Origin: a virus
Lineage: Duplodnaviria > Caudoviricetes
Direction: 5' to 3' (one strand)
Length of the DNA stretch: 64,000 bases
Virus record (IMG/VR): IMGVR_UViG_3300035498_000778
Span: 1-64,000 of that record
A model generated the notes under the pieces. That model made no database searches. It was not told the origin of the DNA and saw only the letters and a program-made list of their open reading frames with translations. Of the stretch, positions 40,965-51,337 are shown piece by piece. Numbering within the stretch: position 1 is the first letter of the stretch; each line of letters begins with the position of its first letter. The position numbers and the translations under genes are program-made.

Positions 40965-43079
40965 ATGAAAGCTAAAGTTATTATAGACAACGGTGAGGAG
41001 ATAAGAAAGAGTAAATTCTTATCAAAATGGAAAAAAGATATGATGAAGAGTATGCTTCAGATGAATCCACAATGGAGTGAAGAGAAAATAAGTGATATCA
41101 TAGATGATATGATAATCGAAAGATTCCAAAACCCAGAGGTGCTATGCGATAATAATTATACACACGAGTCAAAAAGAAGTAACTTGTTAGACGTCGTTGA
41201 CTGGGTAATGGATAAGAAACCTATTATTGCAGGAAATGGAACTTTTTATTTGAATCAAGATCAAGCAATTAATCCGAACGCTGTAATGGTAAATTCATTT
41301 CTAGCAGAGCGTAAAGCTATAAAGAAAAAGATGTTCTCAATTGAGGATGACACCAGCGAAGAATATGCGGCATGTGATAGAGATCAGGGTAATAAGAAAA
41401 GGTTAGCGAATTCATATTATGGAGGTTCAGGTGCTGAAACGTCAGCGTTTTATTCAAAGTGGAGTGCTCCTGCAACTACACTAACTGCACAGTCGGTAAT
41501 TAGTACCTGTGAGAGTACGATAGAAGCATTTTTAGGTAATAACTTCTTATTCTTAGATTTAGATGAGTGTATCCACTGGATGAATTTGGTGTTGAAAGAA
41601 AATCCTAAATCAGATAAATGGCTCACAAGTCATAATATAGATGATGTATTTGAGCGATTAGTGTCTAGATTCTATGATTATAACAACAGGTATGATCATA
41701 TTTTATATGAGTATCTATCGAATTGTAATCAAGATGAATTGAACGCCATTTATTATAAGAATAATATAACTGCGTTTACAAGTGAGAACTCATATGTATG
41801 TGATTTATACGAGAAGGTGTTCTCCAATGTTCAGATATATGAGACTGCAGATGATATAGCTTCTGTACCTGAGTTCTTTATATCCAAGCATTTAGACTTA
41901 GATGAAAATGCTATTATTAAAAAATGGAATTTATTTGTTAATGAATCGGCATTTCTTAATCCTAATAGTATCCCAGAAGCTGTCGCGTCATATATGGACG
42001 AGATTAAAAAGTTATATATGAAATACGTTTACATCGATTATATAATCGCAGATAAAATATATAGATTAAGGAAGTTCAAGCGAGATGCGGTTGTAATCGT
42101 TGATACTGATTCATGTATAATACAAATGGACACATGGACAGAATTATGTAGAAATTATATAATGAAATCAGATTATGGAAGAAATCCTGACATGAATACG
42201 TATATAGCTATCAACTCTATGACTGCTATCCTAACGGATGTTATTAGAGACATATTATATAAATATAGCCATTATACTAATATATGTGAAGAGCATTGTC
42301 GAGTTTTCAATATGAAGAACGAATTTTTATTCAGTAAGCTCATAATCGGAACTAAAAAGAAAAGATACATGAGCTTGATAAAAGTACGTGAAGGCACATT
42401 GCTCACAAAAGAAAAGTACGACGTTAAAGGTTTTGACTACATGAAGAGTGGAACCTCTATACAGGCAAAAGAATTCTTCGATCATATAGTTAAAGATTTA
42501 ATGTTATACACAAAGGATATAGATGTGTCATGTATTCGTAAAGAGTTAGAGATATTCACTAATAATATTTATAATGATTTACAAGCAGGGAATACTGGGT
42601 TCTTACCATTATTAAAGGTTAAAGAAGCAGGAAATTACGCTGATCCTTGGAGAGAAGCAGGTGTTCGTGGTGCTGTAACGTGGAATATATTGTATCCTGA
42701 CGAAGGTATAGAATTTCCAGTCAGTGTATCTGCGTTAAAGCTTACTATTAACGATGAATCCGATATAGCAGAATTACAATATACAGATCCAGAAATATAT
42801 GAAAAACTACTAGAGGTTTTGAATCATGAAATGACATACAAGGTTAGTAAAAGTGGAAAACGAGAATCGAGAGGAATTGCTATATTATGCATCCCACAAG
42901 GTGCTAAGATACCTGAATGGACTAAACCTTATATTGATTACGAAACAATCATTAATACAATAATCGGTAAGTTTAAAGGCGTAAGTAATTTGCTAAAGAT
43001 TAAATCTATAAAGGTAGGAAAGAAGATAGGATCCAATGATAGAAAGAGTGAGAAGTTATCTAACATAATAGGATTCTAA
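40965..43079 (+). CDS. family B DNA polymerase, C-terminal half (motifs B and C, thumb)
   Basis: QGNKKRLANSYYG (motif B), VIVDTDS (motif C), KKKRY, DVKGFD. Confidence 0.85.
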   Translation: MKAKVIIDNGEEIRKSKFLSKWKKDMMKSMLQMNPQWSEEKISDIIDDMIIERFQNPEVLCDNNYTHESKRSNLLDVVDWVMDKKPIIAGNGTFYLNQDQAINPNAVMVNSFLAERKAIKKKMFSIEDDTSEEYAACDRDQGNKKRLANSYYGGSGAETSAFYSKWSAPATTLTAQSVISTCESTIEAFLGNNFLFLDLDECIHWMNLVLKENPKSDKWLTSHNIDDVFERLVSRFYDYNNRYDHILYEYLSNCNQDELNAIYYKNNITAFTSENSYVCDLYEKVFSNVQIYETADDIASVPEFFISKHLDLDENAIIKKWNLFVNESAFLNPNSIPEAVASYMDEIKKLYMKYVYIDYIIADKIYRLRKFKRDAVVIVDTDSCIIQMDTWTELCRNYIMKSDYGRNPDMNTYIAINSMTAILTDVIRDILYKYSHYTNICEEHCRVFNMKNEFLFSKLIIGTKKKRYMSLIKVREGTLLTKEKYDVKGFDYMKSGTSIQAKEFFDHIVKDLMLYTKDIDVSCIRKELEIFTNNIYNDLQAGNTGFLPLLKVKEAGNYADPWREAGVRGAVTWNILYPDEGIEFPVSVSALKLTINDESDIAELQYTDPEIYEKLLEVLNHEMTYKVSKSGKRESRGIAILCIPQGAKIPEWTKPYIDYETIINTIIGKFKGVSNLLKIKSIKVGKKIGSNDRKSEKLSNIIGF

Positions 43080-43118
43080 TAACTAAGGGTAAGTTGTACA
43101 TGGGCATCCATGTACAAC

Positions 43119-43260
43119 TTTGTTATTTACCGTAATAGCATATTATTTAATTATATATTATAATTGTGAATATAGAGATTAATATTAGCACATCGTTTCT
43201 ATGTTCCAGTATATAAGGATGTGCATCTTACATACCATAGGAGGTATAATTATGAAAACA
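43119..43260 (+). repeat. cassette copy B: early promoter + pseudoknot leader + RBS + first 3 codons
   Basis: 139/142 identical to reverse complement of 5668..5809; pseudoknot 43168-43224. Confidence 0.95.
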
Positions 43261-43545
43261 AATAATATCCAAAGAAAAGACCTAGTCAGCATCCTAGAGG
43301 AGCAATACTATGCGCAGTATGAGATATACGTAGATCTATATCCTGGCAAACGCAGAGAAAACAGACCAGCTAAGGTACTACTTGGCTACGACGGCTTGTT
43401 TAATCCAGATATGTCAGATGGTGCTATCGCTCTACTAATCATGTTCCAAGGCGACTATGACAAAGCTCGTCAACATCAAAAAGCAATCATCGACAGGATG
43501 GAAGACGTCCTACGCGATGCTGGCTTGGAAGATAAGCTTATGTAA
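43252..43545 (+). CDS. small hypothetical early protein (cargo of cassette B)
   Basis: Start re-called at ATG 43252; followed by terminator 43567-43595. Confidence 0.75.
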   Translation: MKTNNIQRKDLVSILEEQYYAQYEIYVDLYPGKRRENRPAKVLLGYDGLFNPDMSDGAIALLIMFQGDYDKARQHQKAIIDRMEDVLRDAGLEDKLM

Positions 43546-43650
43546 TAAGTCTAGAAGAGTCTTTATGAGGAGTTTTTATGACTCCTCTTTTTTTATTTTT
43601 TATACGTGGTAAACAATCATATAATTTAATTTTATGGAGGAATAAAAATA

Positions 43651-44367
43651 ATGAGTGATTTTGAATTTAGAGATGTCATAACTAATAACGATGAAGGTTA
43701 TGACAATATATCAAAAAACAACAATAACGGCTCAGAAAATATAAGAACCGTGGCTAAGTTTGAAAAAGTGACTTTTGAGCAATTCTTTGATGATATGAGA
43801 AGTACTGGTTGTTTAGATGTTTTTTTGGATCCAGCTTCTGGATATGTATCTGATACTTCAGAAGCAGTAGGAAGAGTAGTAGAACTAGTTGAGAAAATTT
43901 ATGACAACATTAAGATTCCTTGTAGAGCTACTAATAAGTCTGCGGGATATGATTTTTTCTTGCCATTTAATTATAGTATATACTCTGGAATACAGTCAAT
44001 TGTAATTCCTACTGGTATAAGATGTAATATGCAAGAAGATGTCGCTTTATGGTTGATGCCTAAATCTGGTCTTGGCTTTAAGTATCATATGCAGTTAATG
44101 AATACAATAGGATTAGTTGATGCGGATTACTATAACAGCGATAACGAAGGACATATCATGTTAAAGATAAGTACAGACGACATGCAGCAATCATGTGGAT
44201 GTCATAGTAGTGATGATTCGTCTAACAAAGAAAAGTATGTACCGGAATATCTACAAGAGGGTAAAAAGATAATACAAGGAGTATTTTTAAAATACTACAC
44301 AACTAGTGATGATGATCAGACCGATTTTCAAACTAGGAATGGTGGATTCGGTTCCACAGGAGAATAA
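43651..44367 (+). CDS. dut: trimeric dUTPase
   Basis: All five motifs: SAGYDF, PKSGLG, GLVDADY, IIQGVF, RNGGFGSTG. Confidence 0.9.
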   Translation: MSDFEFRDVITNNDEGYDNISKNNNNGSENIRTVAKFEKVTFEQFFDDMRSTGCLDVFLDPASGYVSDTSEAVGRVVELVEKIYDNIKIPCRATNKSAGYDFFLPFNYSIYSGIQSIVIPTGIRCNMQEDVALWLMPKSGLGFKYHMQLMNTIGLVDADYYNSDNEGHIMLKISTDDMQQSCGCHSSDDSSNKEKYVPEYLQEGKKIIQGVFLKYYTTSDDDQTDFQTRNGGFGSTGE

Positions 44368-44474
44368 TTATGTATATAATATATGCGAAGCAATTCGCAT
44401 ATATTTTTTGTGCAAATTTTACCTATCCCCCAACATAATAGTAATCAAAATAAAAATAGAAAGGTTGAATAATT

Positions 44475-45257
44475 ATGAGTGAATTATTTGGAGAGTACTA
44501 TGATATAGATAGTCACAGTATTTTAAAAGGTGTATCTGTGGATTTAATAATAGAATACTTAAAGGAGCAAATGGTTGATCCTTATAACTTAAGTACAAGA
44601 AACTATGTTGATGAATTTATAGGTGACTATGAATATTCTAAAAAGTGTGTAATAGAAGGAAATGAAGAAGCTGATGATATTAACGATACGGAACTAGATG
44701 AAGAGCTAGCTAGAGTAGAAGGGTATAGAAACAGGTTCATTGAATTCGTAAGAGGATTATTTTATAATAATTTATCAATAGGACTTAATGAATTTGATGA
44801 TATAGCACCTGATAAGCAGGATAAAATCTTGTCCGTTGTATATAGGTATTTTGTATTGAATATTAAGCGTAATTTCCTTAATTTATGTGAAGGATATATT
44901 GAAGAGCATAGGAATGATTTGGCTAAAGTTTATAAGAGAAACGGTGACATCACGGCGTTAGCACAAAAAACACGTGTTACTGATCCAATCGATATGATCA
45001 TCATTTCATCGCTGCCAGAGATTATTAATGAGATTATGAATATCGAATATCCTATTGACGAGTTCGTTGTCCATACATATGGTCTAGAACCTCCTGAGTA
45101 TGATGCAGTATTAGTCAAGGAATTAATTGATAAAGATATTATAACTGGTAACTTTGTACCACATTATAAAAAGCTTGCTAGCGATTACTTACTTAATGAT
45201 ATTGAATTCATCATAAAATCAAGCATATTGAGTAAGTATAATGCTGAGAAAGAATAA
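44475..45257 (+). CDS. hypothetical acidic protein
   Basis: 260 aa; AACA-N6-TA at 44432-44443. Confidence 0.8.
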   Translation: MSELFGEYYDIDSHSILKGVSVDLIIEYLKEQMVDPYNLSTRNYVDEFIGDYEYSKKCVIEGNEEADDINDTELDEELARVEGYRNRFIEFVRGLFYNNLSIGLNEFDDIAPDKQDKILSVVYRYFVLNIKRNFLNLCEGYIEEHRNDLAKVYKRNGDITALAQKTRVTDPIDMIIISSLPEIINEIMNIEYPIDEFVVHTYGLEPPEYDAVLVKELIDKDIITGNFVPHYKKLASDYLLNDIEFIIKSSILSKYNAEKE

Positions 45258-45357
45258 AATTGATTATATATTATAATCTTAATGTGTACCAGTAAATTAT
45301 TATTGAGTATACATAAAGTTAAAATAAATTCAAACAAGAAAAAATGGAGGTTTTGCT

Positions 45358-46035
45358 ATGAGCAACTTTTACGGTAATCAATCGAACAGACAGTTCGGTA
45401 GTAACAACACAAACACAAGGGTTATGACATTATATTGTGATTTATCACAAATGATTATAACGTATTGGAATGACAAGGTATCTATCAAGATGACATCTGT
45501 TATTCCAGAGAGTGTGGTTGAAGGACAACTAAGGAGATATAATGATGGTGGTATTACTTTTGCACTCAGTCCATCTAAAGCTGTAGTAGTAGCTGAAGGT
45601 ATAACTGATTTGATATGCGGACGTAATAAGGGTTTCACTATCGAAACAGGCACACCGGGTAATGTTAATGAAGTTACCATCAAGCTGGATGAATCTGGTG
45701 ACTATGTGTTAATCTGTAACCGTCAATCACAGAATATCAGTATAACATATAAGTTTAACTCTGTTGATGTTAAAGAGATTAAGGATGATGGTTCTCTTGT
45801 AACTTCTAAGGTTCAAGGTGAACTGCTAAGTTTGAAGAGAATACTAGATAGTTATTCTGGTATCGTGTATGGTTCACAACACGCAGCGTCATTGAGTAAC
45901 AACTACAGACAATCTGCTAACAGACAACATACATCAAATGGATATAGCAGTTACCAACAGCCACAACAACAAGAAGCTACCGTCACTAATGTTTCATCAC
46001 CAGATGACATATTTGACGTTGAATCTTTGTTCTAA
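45358..46035 (+). CDS. probable single-stranded DNA-binding protein
   Basis: Beta-rich core, Q/S/N linker, acidic-aromatic tail DDIFDVESLF; early promoter 45264-45277. Confidence 0.5.
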   Translation: MSNFYGNQSNRQFGSNNTNTRVMTLYCDLSQMIITYWNDKVSIKMTSVIPESVVEGQLRRYNDGGITFALSPSKAVVVAEGITDLICGRNKGFTIETGTPGNVNEVTIKLDESGDYVLICNRQSQNISITYKFNSVDVKEIKDDGSLVTSKVQGELLSLKRILDSYSGIVYGSQHAASLSNNYRQSANRQHTSNGYSSYQQPQQQEATVTNVSSPDDIFDVESLF

Positions 46036-46100
46036 TAAAAAAGTATGTCTAAAAGATGGAGCAAGTTGCTCCATCTTTTTTATGTTTGGGAGGAATAAAA

Positions 46101-46826
46101 ATGAGTAAAAGAAATGGTAATATATTGACAGGTGATGATGTTTTATTTGTTGAATTTGATGATATCATCAAAACACCATCGTTAACGTTAACATCACTAG
46201 TATCCAGATTAGATACTAAAGAAACCCAGATTTTAGATACGTCATTGGTGAAAGAGTATGATCCTCTGGCATTAATAGAATGGTATATCATGAGAAAGCA
46301 CAGAAACATTGTTGCTGAGCTGAGCAAATTGAAAACTCTGGATGAATCTGAATATGAGGATGTCCTAACTTATTTCTTAAAATCTCTTGATGCAGTGTAT
46401 GCTAGCTCACTGAGACTTAAGGGATGTGAACTTATTTATACGGCGCTATATCATAAAACATGCGACGAAATAATAATATATAGCGATTATACGAACGATG
46501 CCTATGTAAAGGAATGCACGAGGTTATTCGGTGATAAGGTAACTATTGTCGGAGGAGATTTTAGACAATCGATTAGATCTCTCCCTTATAATTCTTCATA
46601 TGTAATATCTGACATTAAAAAATTGAATATTTTATATGAAGAAAACAAGATAAACTGTACATCAGTTTTATTACCATTGGAATACCACTATAATAATATT
46701 CCAAATTGTTCAGAGATGATTCAGAAATATTGTGAGGATAAAAGTAAGCCTGTGAAGATAATGTACTTCCCAGTATGGTATACAGATCAGGATACAAAGC
46801 AGTCTGATAAAGGACAAAAAGCGTAG
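46101..46826 (+). CDS. hypothetical protein, possibly degenerate HAD fold
   Basis: VLFVEFDDII resembles HAD motif I; start re-called. Confidence 0.6.
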   Translation: MSKRNGNILTGDDVLFVEFDDIIKTPSLTLTSLVSRLDTKETQILDTSLVKEYDPLALIEWYIMRKHRNIVAELSKLKTLDESEYEDVLTYFLKSLDAVYASSLRLKGCELIYTALYHKTCDEIIIYSDYTNDAYVKECTRLFGDKVTIVGGDFRQSIRSLPYNSSYVISDIKKLNILYEENKINCTSVLLPLEYHYNNIPNCSEMIQKYCEDKSKPVKIMYFPVWYTDQDTKQSDKGQKA

Positions 46827-46906
46827 TTTAGAGGAAACCGCATTTTTTATTAACTGTAAACAATAGTATAAATTAAATTTCAAATTTTTATGGAGGAAAT
46901 TGTTTT

Positions 46907-48853
46907 ATGAGTACAGAAAAACTAGAAAGAGAAAATGCCACATTTGGCGAAAGGCATGGCTTACATTTAGAGCCAATGTCTAACACACTAGGTAAGAGTG
47001 AATTCCAAACAAGAGTTAAAAAGGTATTTGCAGCTATTGCAGATAAGATTGGAAAGTCATTAGGACCCGGTGGCGAAACAACTTTTATTGCAAATTACCC
47101 TTATGTCCACCCAACAAAGGATGGTTATACAATCATGAAGAATCTAAGTTTTGACTTGTTCATCGATGATATAATTAAGGATATGGCGGATAAAGTTTGT
47201 AGTAGATTAAACTATAGTGTCGGTGACGGTACTACAAGTGCTATTATGGCTACTAACGCAGTTTATGATTCAGTAGCAACATCTCTAGATACCTATGGGT
47301 ACAAGTCAAGAGAAATAACTGAAGCATTTGATGAGATTCGTGAGGAAGTTGTTTCAGCTATGAAACAAGTAGCTATTGATATCCGCACAGATGATTCTAC
47401 GGAACTAGCACAGCGAGTACGTGAGATAGCATCTATATCATCTAACGGTAACGATGAAATTATTAACATAGTTACTGATTTATATTCTACTCTTATGTAT
47501 CCAGCTATTACAGTGGTACTAGCTAAGGATGGTGTGACTAAGTCAAGAATTATAAGAGGATATGAAGCTGAGGTACTATTAACTGATAAGATGTACATAA
47601 ATAATGATGATAATACAATGAATATTAATTCAGGTGACGTTATCGTTTTTGACCATAAGGTTAACGAGAATACATACAAGAGTATCATAAAGCCTTTAAA
47701 TGAAGAATGTAAGGCTAGGGGTAGAAAGTTGGTCGTTATTGCACCTTTTTATGATGAGGTAGCTTTAACAGGTATCATTAGACGTGATATTCTTGACGAA
47801 TACAACAAGGGAAAGTCAGTGAACCTAGTATTGACTGCTTGTAGAAACATGAATAGTAATCACAAGAACATGATTGCAGATTTAGCCATGTTATTGAATA
47901 CAGAGCTAATCACTAGCGGTAGAGAAGAAGAAATCGTTAAATCTACAGCTAGAGATAATATTCAAAGATTCTTTAACCTAGACGATAGAGCTATTGATGG
48001 TATATCTGTAGCAGCCTTAGGTTTAGATGTTGAGACTAAGAGCCCATATCTTTATATAGTTCCTGAGGAGGATAGAGCTAACCATAAGTTTATAGACTGG
48101 ACACTGGAGGAAGATCAAAAAACACCAACGGGTATCAGTCGTATTCGTGTAGGATTCGCTCGTAATATTGAATTAGGTCTTGGTTCATCTATCTTTGGTG
48201 ATTTTGTTTATAACGAAGACTTGTATAACAAGTTCTTGCAAGATGCAAAGATAGACTTAGAAGAGACTGTCGAAAAGTATAAGAAGCTAGGCTCGTTTAG
48301 TACTGAGGTTGTAAACAAGCAAAAGAGATTATATCGTCTAGGAATGAAGATGGGTATAATTGAAGTAGGCGGAGAATCTGATATATCTCAGAAGTATCTA
48401 AAGGATGCTGTTGATGATACAGTAAGAGCAGTAGAATCTGCATACAATCATGGTATTGTACAAGGTTGTCATGTAACACTTGTTGATGTATTGAAGTCCA
48501 TTGTTACTGGCTATAGAAAGTTGGTTAATGATGGCGAAATCGTATCAGAAGATGCCATAGAACACAACAAGTTGAAGATTATGCTAGTCTCATCCTTAAT
48601 TACTGGATTTACATCAGTATATGAATCAGTCCTAAGAAATGCTGATATATCTGATGATGACATTAGTAGTATTACCACAGAATCAAGTAAACAGGTAATT
48701 GCTTACAACATCATGACAAAGTCATATGATGGTACAGTAATCAATAGTTGTGAGACTGATATTGAAATTCTCCGTGCGGTTATAGATTTAGTGGGACTAA
48801 TAGTGACTGCTAATCAGTTAGTAATTTGTGAAGGAAGAAATGGTGATCAGTAA
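46907..48853 (+). CDS. groEL: phage GroEL-like chaperonin
   Basis: SLGPGG, TKDG, VGDGTTS, IEVGG..DAVDD; no GroES adjacent. Confidence 0.9.
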   Translation: MSTEKLERENATFGERHGLHLEPMSNTLGKSEFQTRVKKVFAAIADKIGKSLGPGGETTFIANYPYVHPTKDGYTIMKNLSFDLFIDDIIKDMADKVCSRLNYSVGDGTTSAIMATNAVYDSVATSLDTYGYKSREITEAFDEIREEVVSAMKQVAIDIRTDDSTELAQRVREIASISSNGNDEIINIVTDLYSTLMYPAITVVLAKDGVTKSRIIRGYEAEVLLTDKMYINNDDNTMNINSGDVIVFDHKVNENTYKSIIKPLNEECKARGRKLVVIAPFYDEVALTGIIRRDILDEYNKGKSVNLVLTACRNMNSNHKNMIADLAMLLNTELITSGREEEIVKSTARDNIQRFFNLDDRAIDGISVAALGLDVETKSPYLYIVPEEDRANHKFIDWTLEEDQKTPTGISRIRVGFARNIELGLGSSIFGDFVYNEDLYNKFLQDAKIDLEETVEKYKKLGSFSTEVVNKQKRLYRLGMKMGIIEVGGESDISQKYLKDAVDDTVRAVESAYNHGIVQGCHVTLVDVLKSIVTGYRKLVNDGEIVSEDAIEHNKLKIMLVSSLITGFTSVYESVLRNADISDDDISSITTESSKQVIAYNIMTKSYDGTVINSCETDIEILRAVIDLVGLIVTANQLVICEGRNGDQ

Positions 48854-49632
48854 TGGAATATCAAACATTGCAACAATTTATCGAGGAACCCTTCGGTAAA
48901 AAAAGTAATGCGGGCACTGAGTACAGAACAAAATATAACATATTCAAAAATGCCAACAAGATAAAACTTGTTGGCATTTCATTAGTTAGTGATGAATATT
49001 ATTATCATCTCAAAGTACCATCTGAGAGTACTACTACATATTATGACGTGGTAATATTATTCTTTTCGGATGACCCTAAAATTTCTAAAAGTCATTCTTT
49101 AACAGAATATAAAATTAAGTTCTTTTCTAACTGCCCAAGTTTTACTTATAAATATGCAGCGCTTTATAAAAAAGAAAAATATCTCATAGAGCAGTTGTAT
49201 CAAAAACTTAATGTTAATTATTTAAATACTATGCCTGATAAGACTAATCCGGACTATCAACTTATGTATGATAAGTCTTTATTCTTTGCTTGCTCATATC
49301 TACTTGATCATAAGCTTTTTGTTCTTAACAAGACTAATGTCTTTATTAAGAAAAAAACGTTCTCTAAATTTGTAGATGATATAAGAGAAAGCGAAGATGT
49401 TATGACTGATATAGCCATAAGTAAAATGGAGAAATCTATCAAAGAACCGGAGAAAAAGAAACTAGGTAATTTGGTAGCAAGATATGGGGATGCAGGTAAG
49501 ATGAACCCAGTCATAGCAAAGCAAGTTGGTAAAAATTTAGCAGACCATAAAATAGGTAAGGTAAAGCCGAAAGCTAAGGTTAAACCTAAACCTAAAAAAC
49601 GAGCCAAAAAGAAGACTTCTGGGTTAACATAA
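48853..49632 (+). CDS. conserved hypothetical protein with basic C-terminal tail
   Basis: 259 aa; translationally coupled to groEL (TAATG). Confidence 0.75.
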   Translation: MEYQTLQQFIEEPFGKKSNAGTEYRTKYNIFKNANKIKLVGISLVSDEYYYHLKVPSESTTTYYDVVILFFSDDPKISKSHSLTEYKIKFFSNCPSFTYKYAALYKKEKYLIEQLYQKLNVNYLNTMPDKTNPDYQLMYDKSLFFACSYLLDHKLFVLNKTNVFIKKKTFSKFVDDIRESEDVMTDIAISKMEKSIKEPEKKKLGNLVARYGDAGKMNPVIAKQVGKNLADHKIGKVKPKAKVKPKPKKRAKKKTSGLT

Positions 49633-49706
49633 ATAAACGATTATATATTATAATGATGATATAACAACCGAATATGTTTTGTCTTTCGAAAGGAGAAATT
49701 ATTATC

Positions 49707-51248
49707 ATGAGTATGATTCCAAAAATAACTAAGTGGAAAAACAACGGTAAAGTGAAACTTGTTGATTATGACAACAAGCAATTTATAATTCACTTTGATG
49801 AGAAGTTGAATAATCCCGCGTTAGCATGCTACAATACGTTCATTATCAACAAAACTAGTTATGCAAATAAGTTAGATTCTATAAGCAGATATATAGCTTA
49901 TTTCATGAAGTACTATGATGAAGATGACGAACTACTGATGGCGTATTTAAAACTTAAGCATGATGTCGATGTTGTACATAAGTACACAGCCGATAATATG
50001 GATGAGTTTATAAACGATTTGTATGAGATTATGTTTACACCTTCAATCGAGCATAACCTTGACCAACTTGTAGAGTATAATAACGTTATTGACATTGAGT
50101 CTGACGACGACGGTAAAAAACAATACAAGACGACTAAGAAGTATGTGGAAAGTCTAGAGTTCACAAATAAGCACGTATCGTTATTATACAAGATAAGTTT
50201 TTGTATGAAGATGATAATACCCATCATGATGCACTACTTCGTAGTCAATAGGATTAAACCTAATAGTGATGAGAGTGGGAATATTTATAAATTCTTTGAG
50301 CCACTAATGGGTTCTAGATTTTCCAGTGAGATTAATATATACAACAAGTTATACGTGTATGTTAAATGCAAAATCCAAGAGAACCGTTCTCAAAATAGTA
50401 CTATCTATGAGCAGCGTGATATCTTTGGTAAGGACATCTCTACTTTGACGCAAGAATTTCTACGTAAGAAACTGATAACCGAGAATTTGTTTAAATATGA
50501 ATTTAATGGTAACCCTGTTGCATTAAACAAGACTATCGTGCAATCTCAATTAGGATATTTCATCAAAGAGAAGTATACTAAAACTATGACTCTTGTTAAT
50601 ATGGAACAGAATGGTGATGGACTATCAGGTATGGAAAAACTAGAAATGAGCATGGCTAAACTCGATGAAGGTATGCTAATATTTGCAGAAATTAACATAG
50701 CAAACGCCATAGAATCAATAAGAAACAGATACCAGTTCGATATAGGCGAAGATGAGTTACAATATATGATTCAATACCATATACCTTGTGAACTACAGAT
50801 AGAATTGATAACTCTGTTCTTTACTAAATACTTTGGCGAGTCCAGGAATATAAAACTATGCAATAAGAGGCAATACTGTACACTAGCTTTAATTTTAAAG
50901 AAACTATTACTAACGATGGAAGCTAATGAAACAGGTCAATTGGATATCAGTTATCTACCTTATGTGTTAACTGGTAATCTAGATGGAAAGGTTGAAGAAT
51001 CTATTATCAGAAACAACAAATTTGTTAATAAGCTACAAGCGTCTCCCAAGTATCAACAGTTAATTAATACAAAATATAAAGCTTTGGAAGAAATTCGTCC
51101 AGATACAATTTTGCTACTAATATCTTCTCTATGCAAGACACATTTTACCTATGTTACTCCTGAATATAAAGAAAAAACAGGAGAACCAATAGATACTAAT
51201 AAAAACAAGTTAGCATATGAGATGATTAATCTACTTTCATTAGCATAG
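49707..51248 (+). CDS. probable non-virion RNAP promoter-specificity subunit (AR9 gp226/phiKZ gp68-like)
   Basis: ~513 aa helical protein two genes from GroEL (as AR9 gp228/gp226); early promoter 49641-49654; called from synteny and size only. Confidence 0.5.
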   Translation: MSMIPKITKWKNNGKVKLVDYDNKQFIIHFDEKLNNPALACYNTFIINKTSYANKLDSISRYIAYFMKYYDEDDELLMAYLKLKHDVDVVHKYTADNMDEFINDLYEIMFTPSIEHNLDQLVEYNNVIDIESDDDGKKQYKTTKKYVESLEFTNKHVSLLYKISFCMKMIIPIMMHYFVVNRIKPNSDESGNIYKFFEPLMGSRFSSEINIYNKLYVYVKCKIQENRSQNSTIYEQRDIFGKDISTLTQEFLRKKLITENLFKYEFNGNPVALNKTIVQSQLGYFIKEKYTKTMTLVNMEQNGDGLSGMEKLEMSMAKLDEGMLIFAEINIANAIESIRNRYQFDIGEDELQYMIQYHIPCELQIELITLFFTKYFGESRNIKLCNKRQYCTLALILKKLLLTMEANETGQLDISYLPYVLTGNLDGKVEESIIRNNKFVNKLQASPKYQQLINTKYKALEEIRPDTILLLISSLCKTHFTYVTPEYKEKTGEPIDTNKNKLAYEMINLLSLA

Positions 51249-51262
51249 ATAAAAGAAATTTT

Positions 51263-51292
51263 AAATACAAGTCTCATATGAGACTTGTATTT
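51263..51292. terminator. 30-bp perfect palindrome + T-tract
   Basis: AAATACAAGTCTCAT|ATGAGACTTGTATTT. Confidence 0.8.
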
Positions 51293-51337
51293 TTTTAATA
51301 ACAGTTAGTTAAATTAATAAAAGGAGATTATACTATT

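Noticed and set aside
43201-43251. Identical N-terminal peptide MFQYIRMCILHTIGGII in ORFs 5392..5727 and 43201..43545
   Set aside because: Translation of the non-coding cassette: no SD before that ATG, frame not kept in copy C, real SD lies just before MKT
43651-44367. dCTP deaminase (expected in uracil-DNA phages)
   Set aside because: Motif 3 Asp and C-terminal RxGGFGSTG are dUTPase-specific
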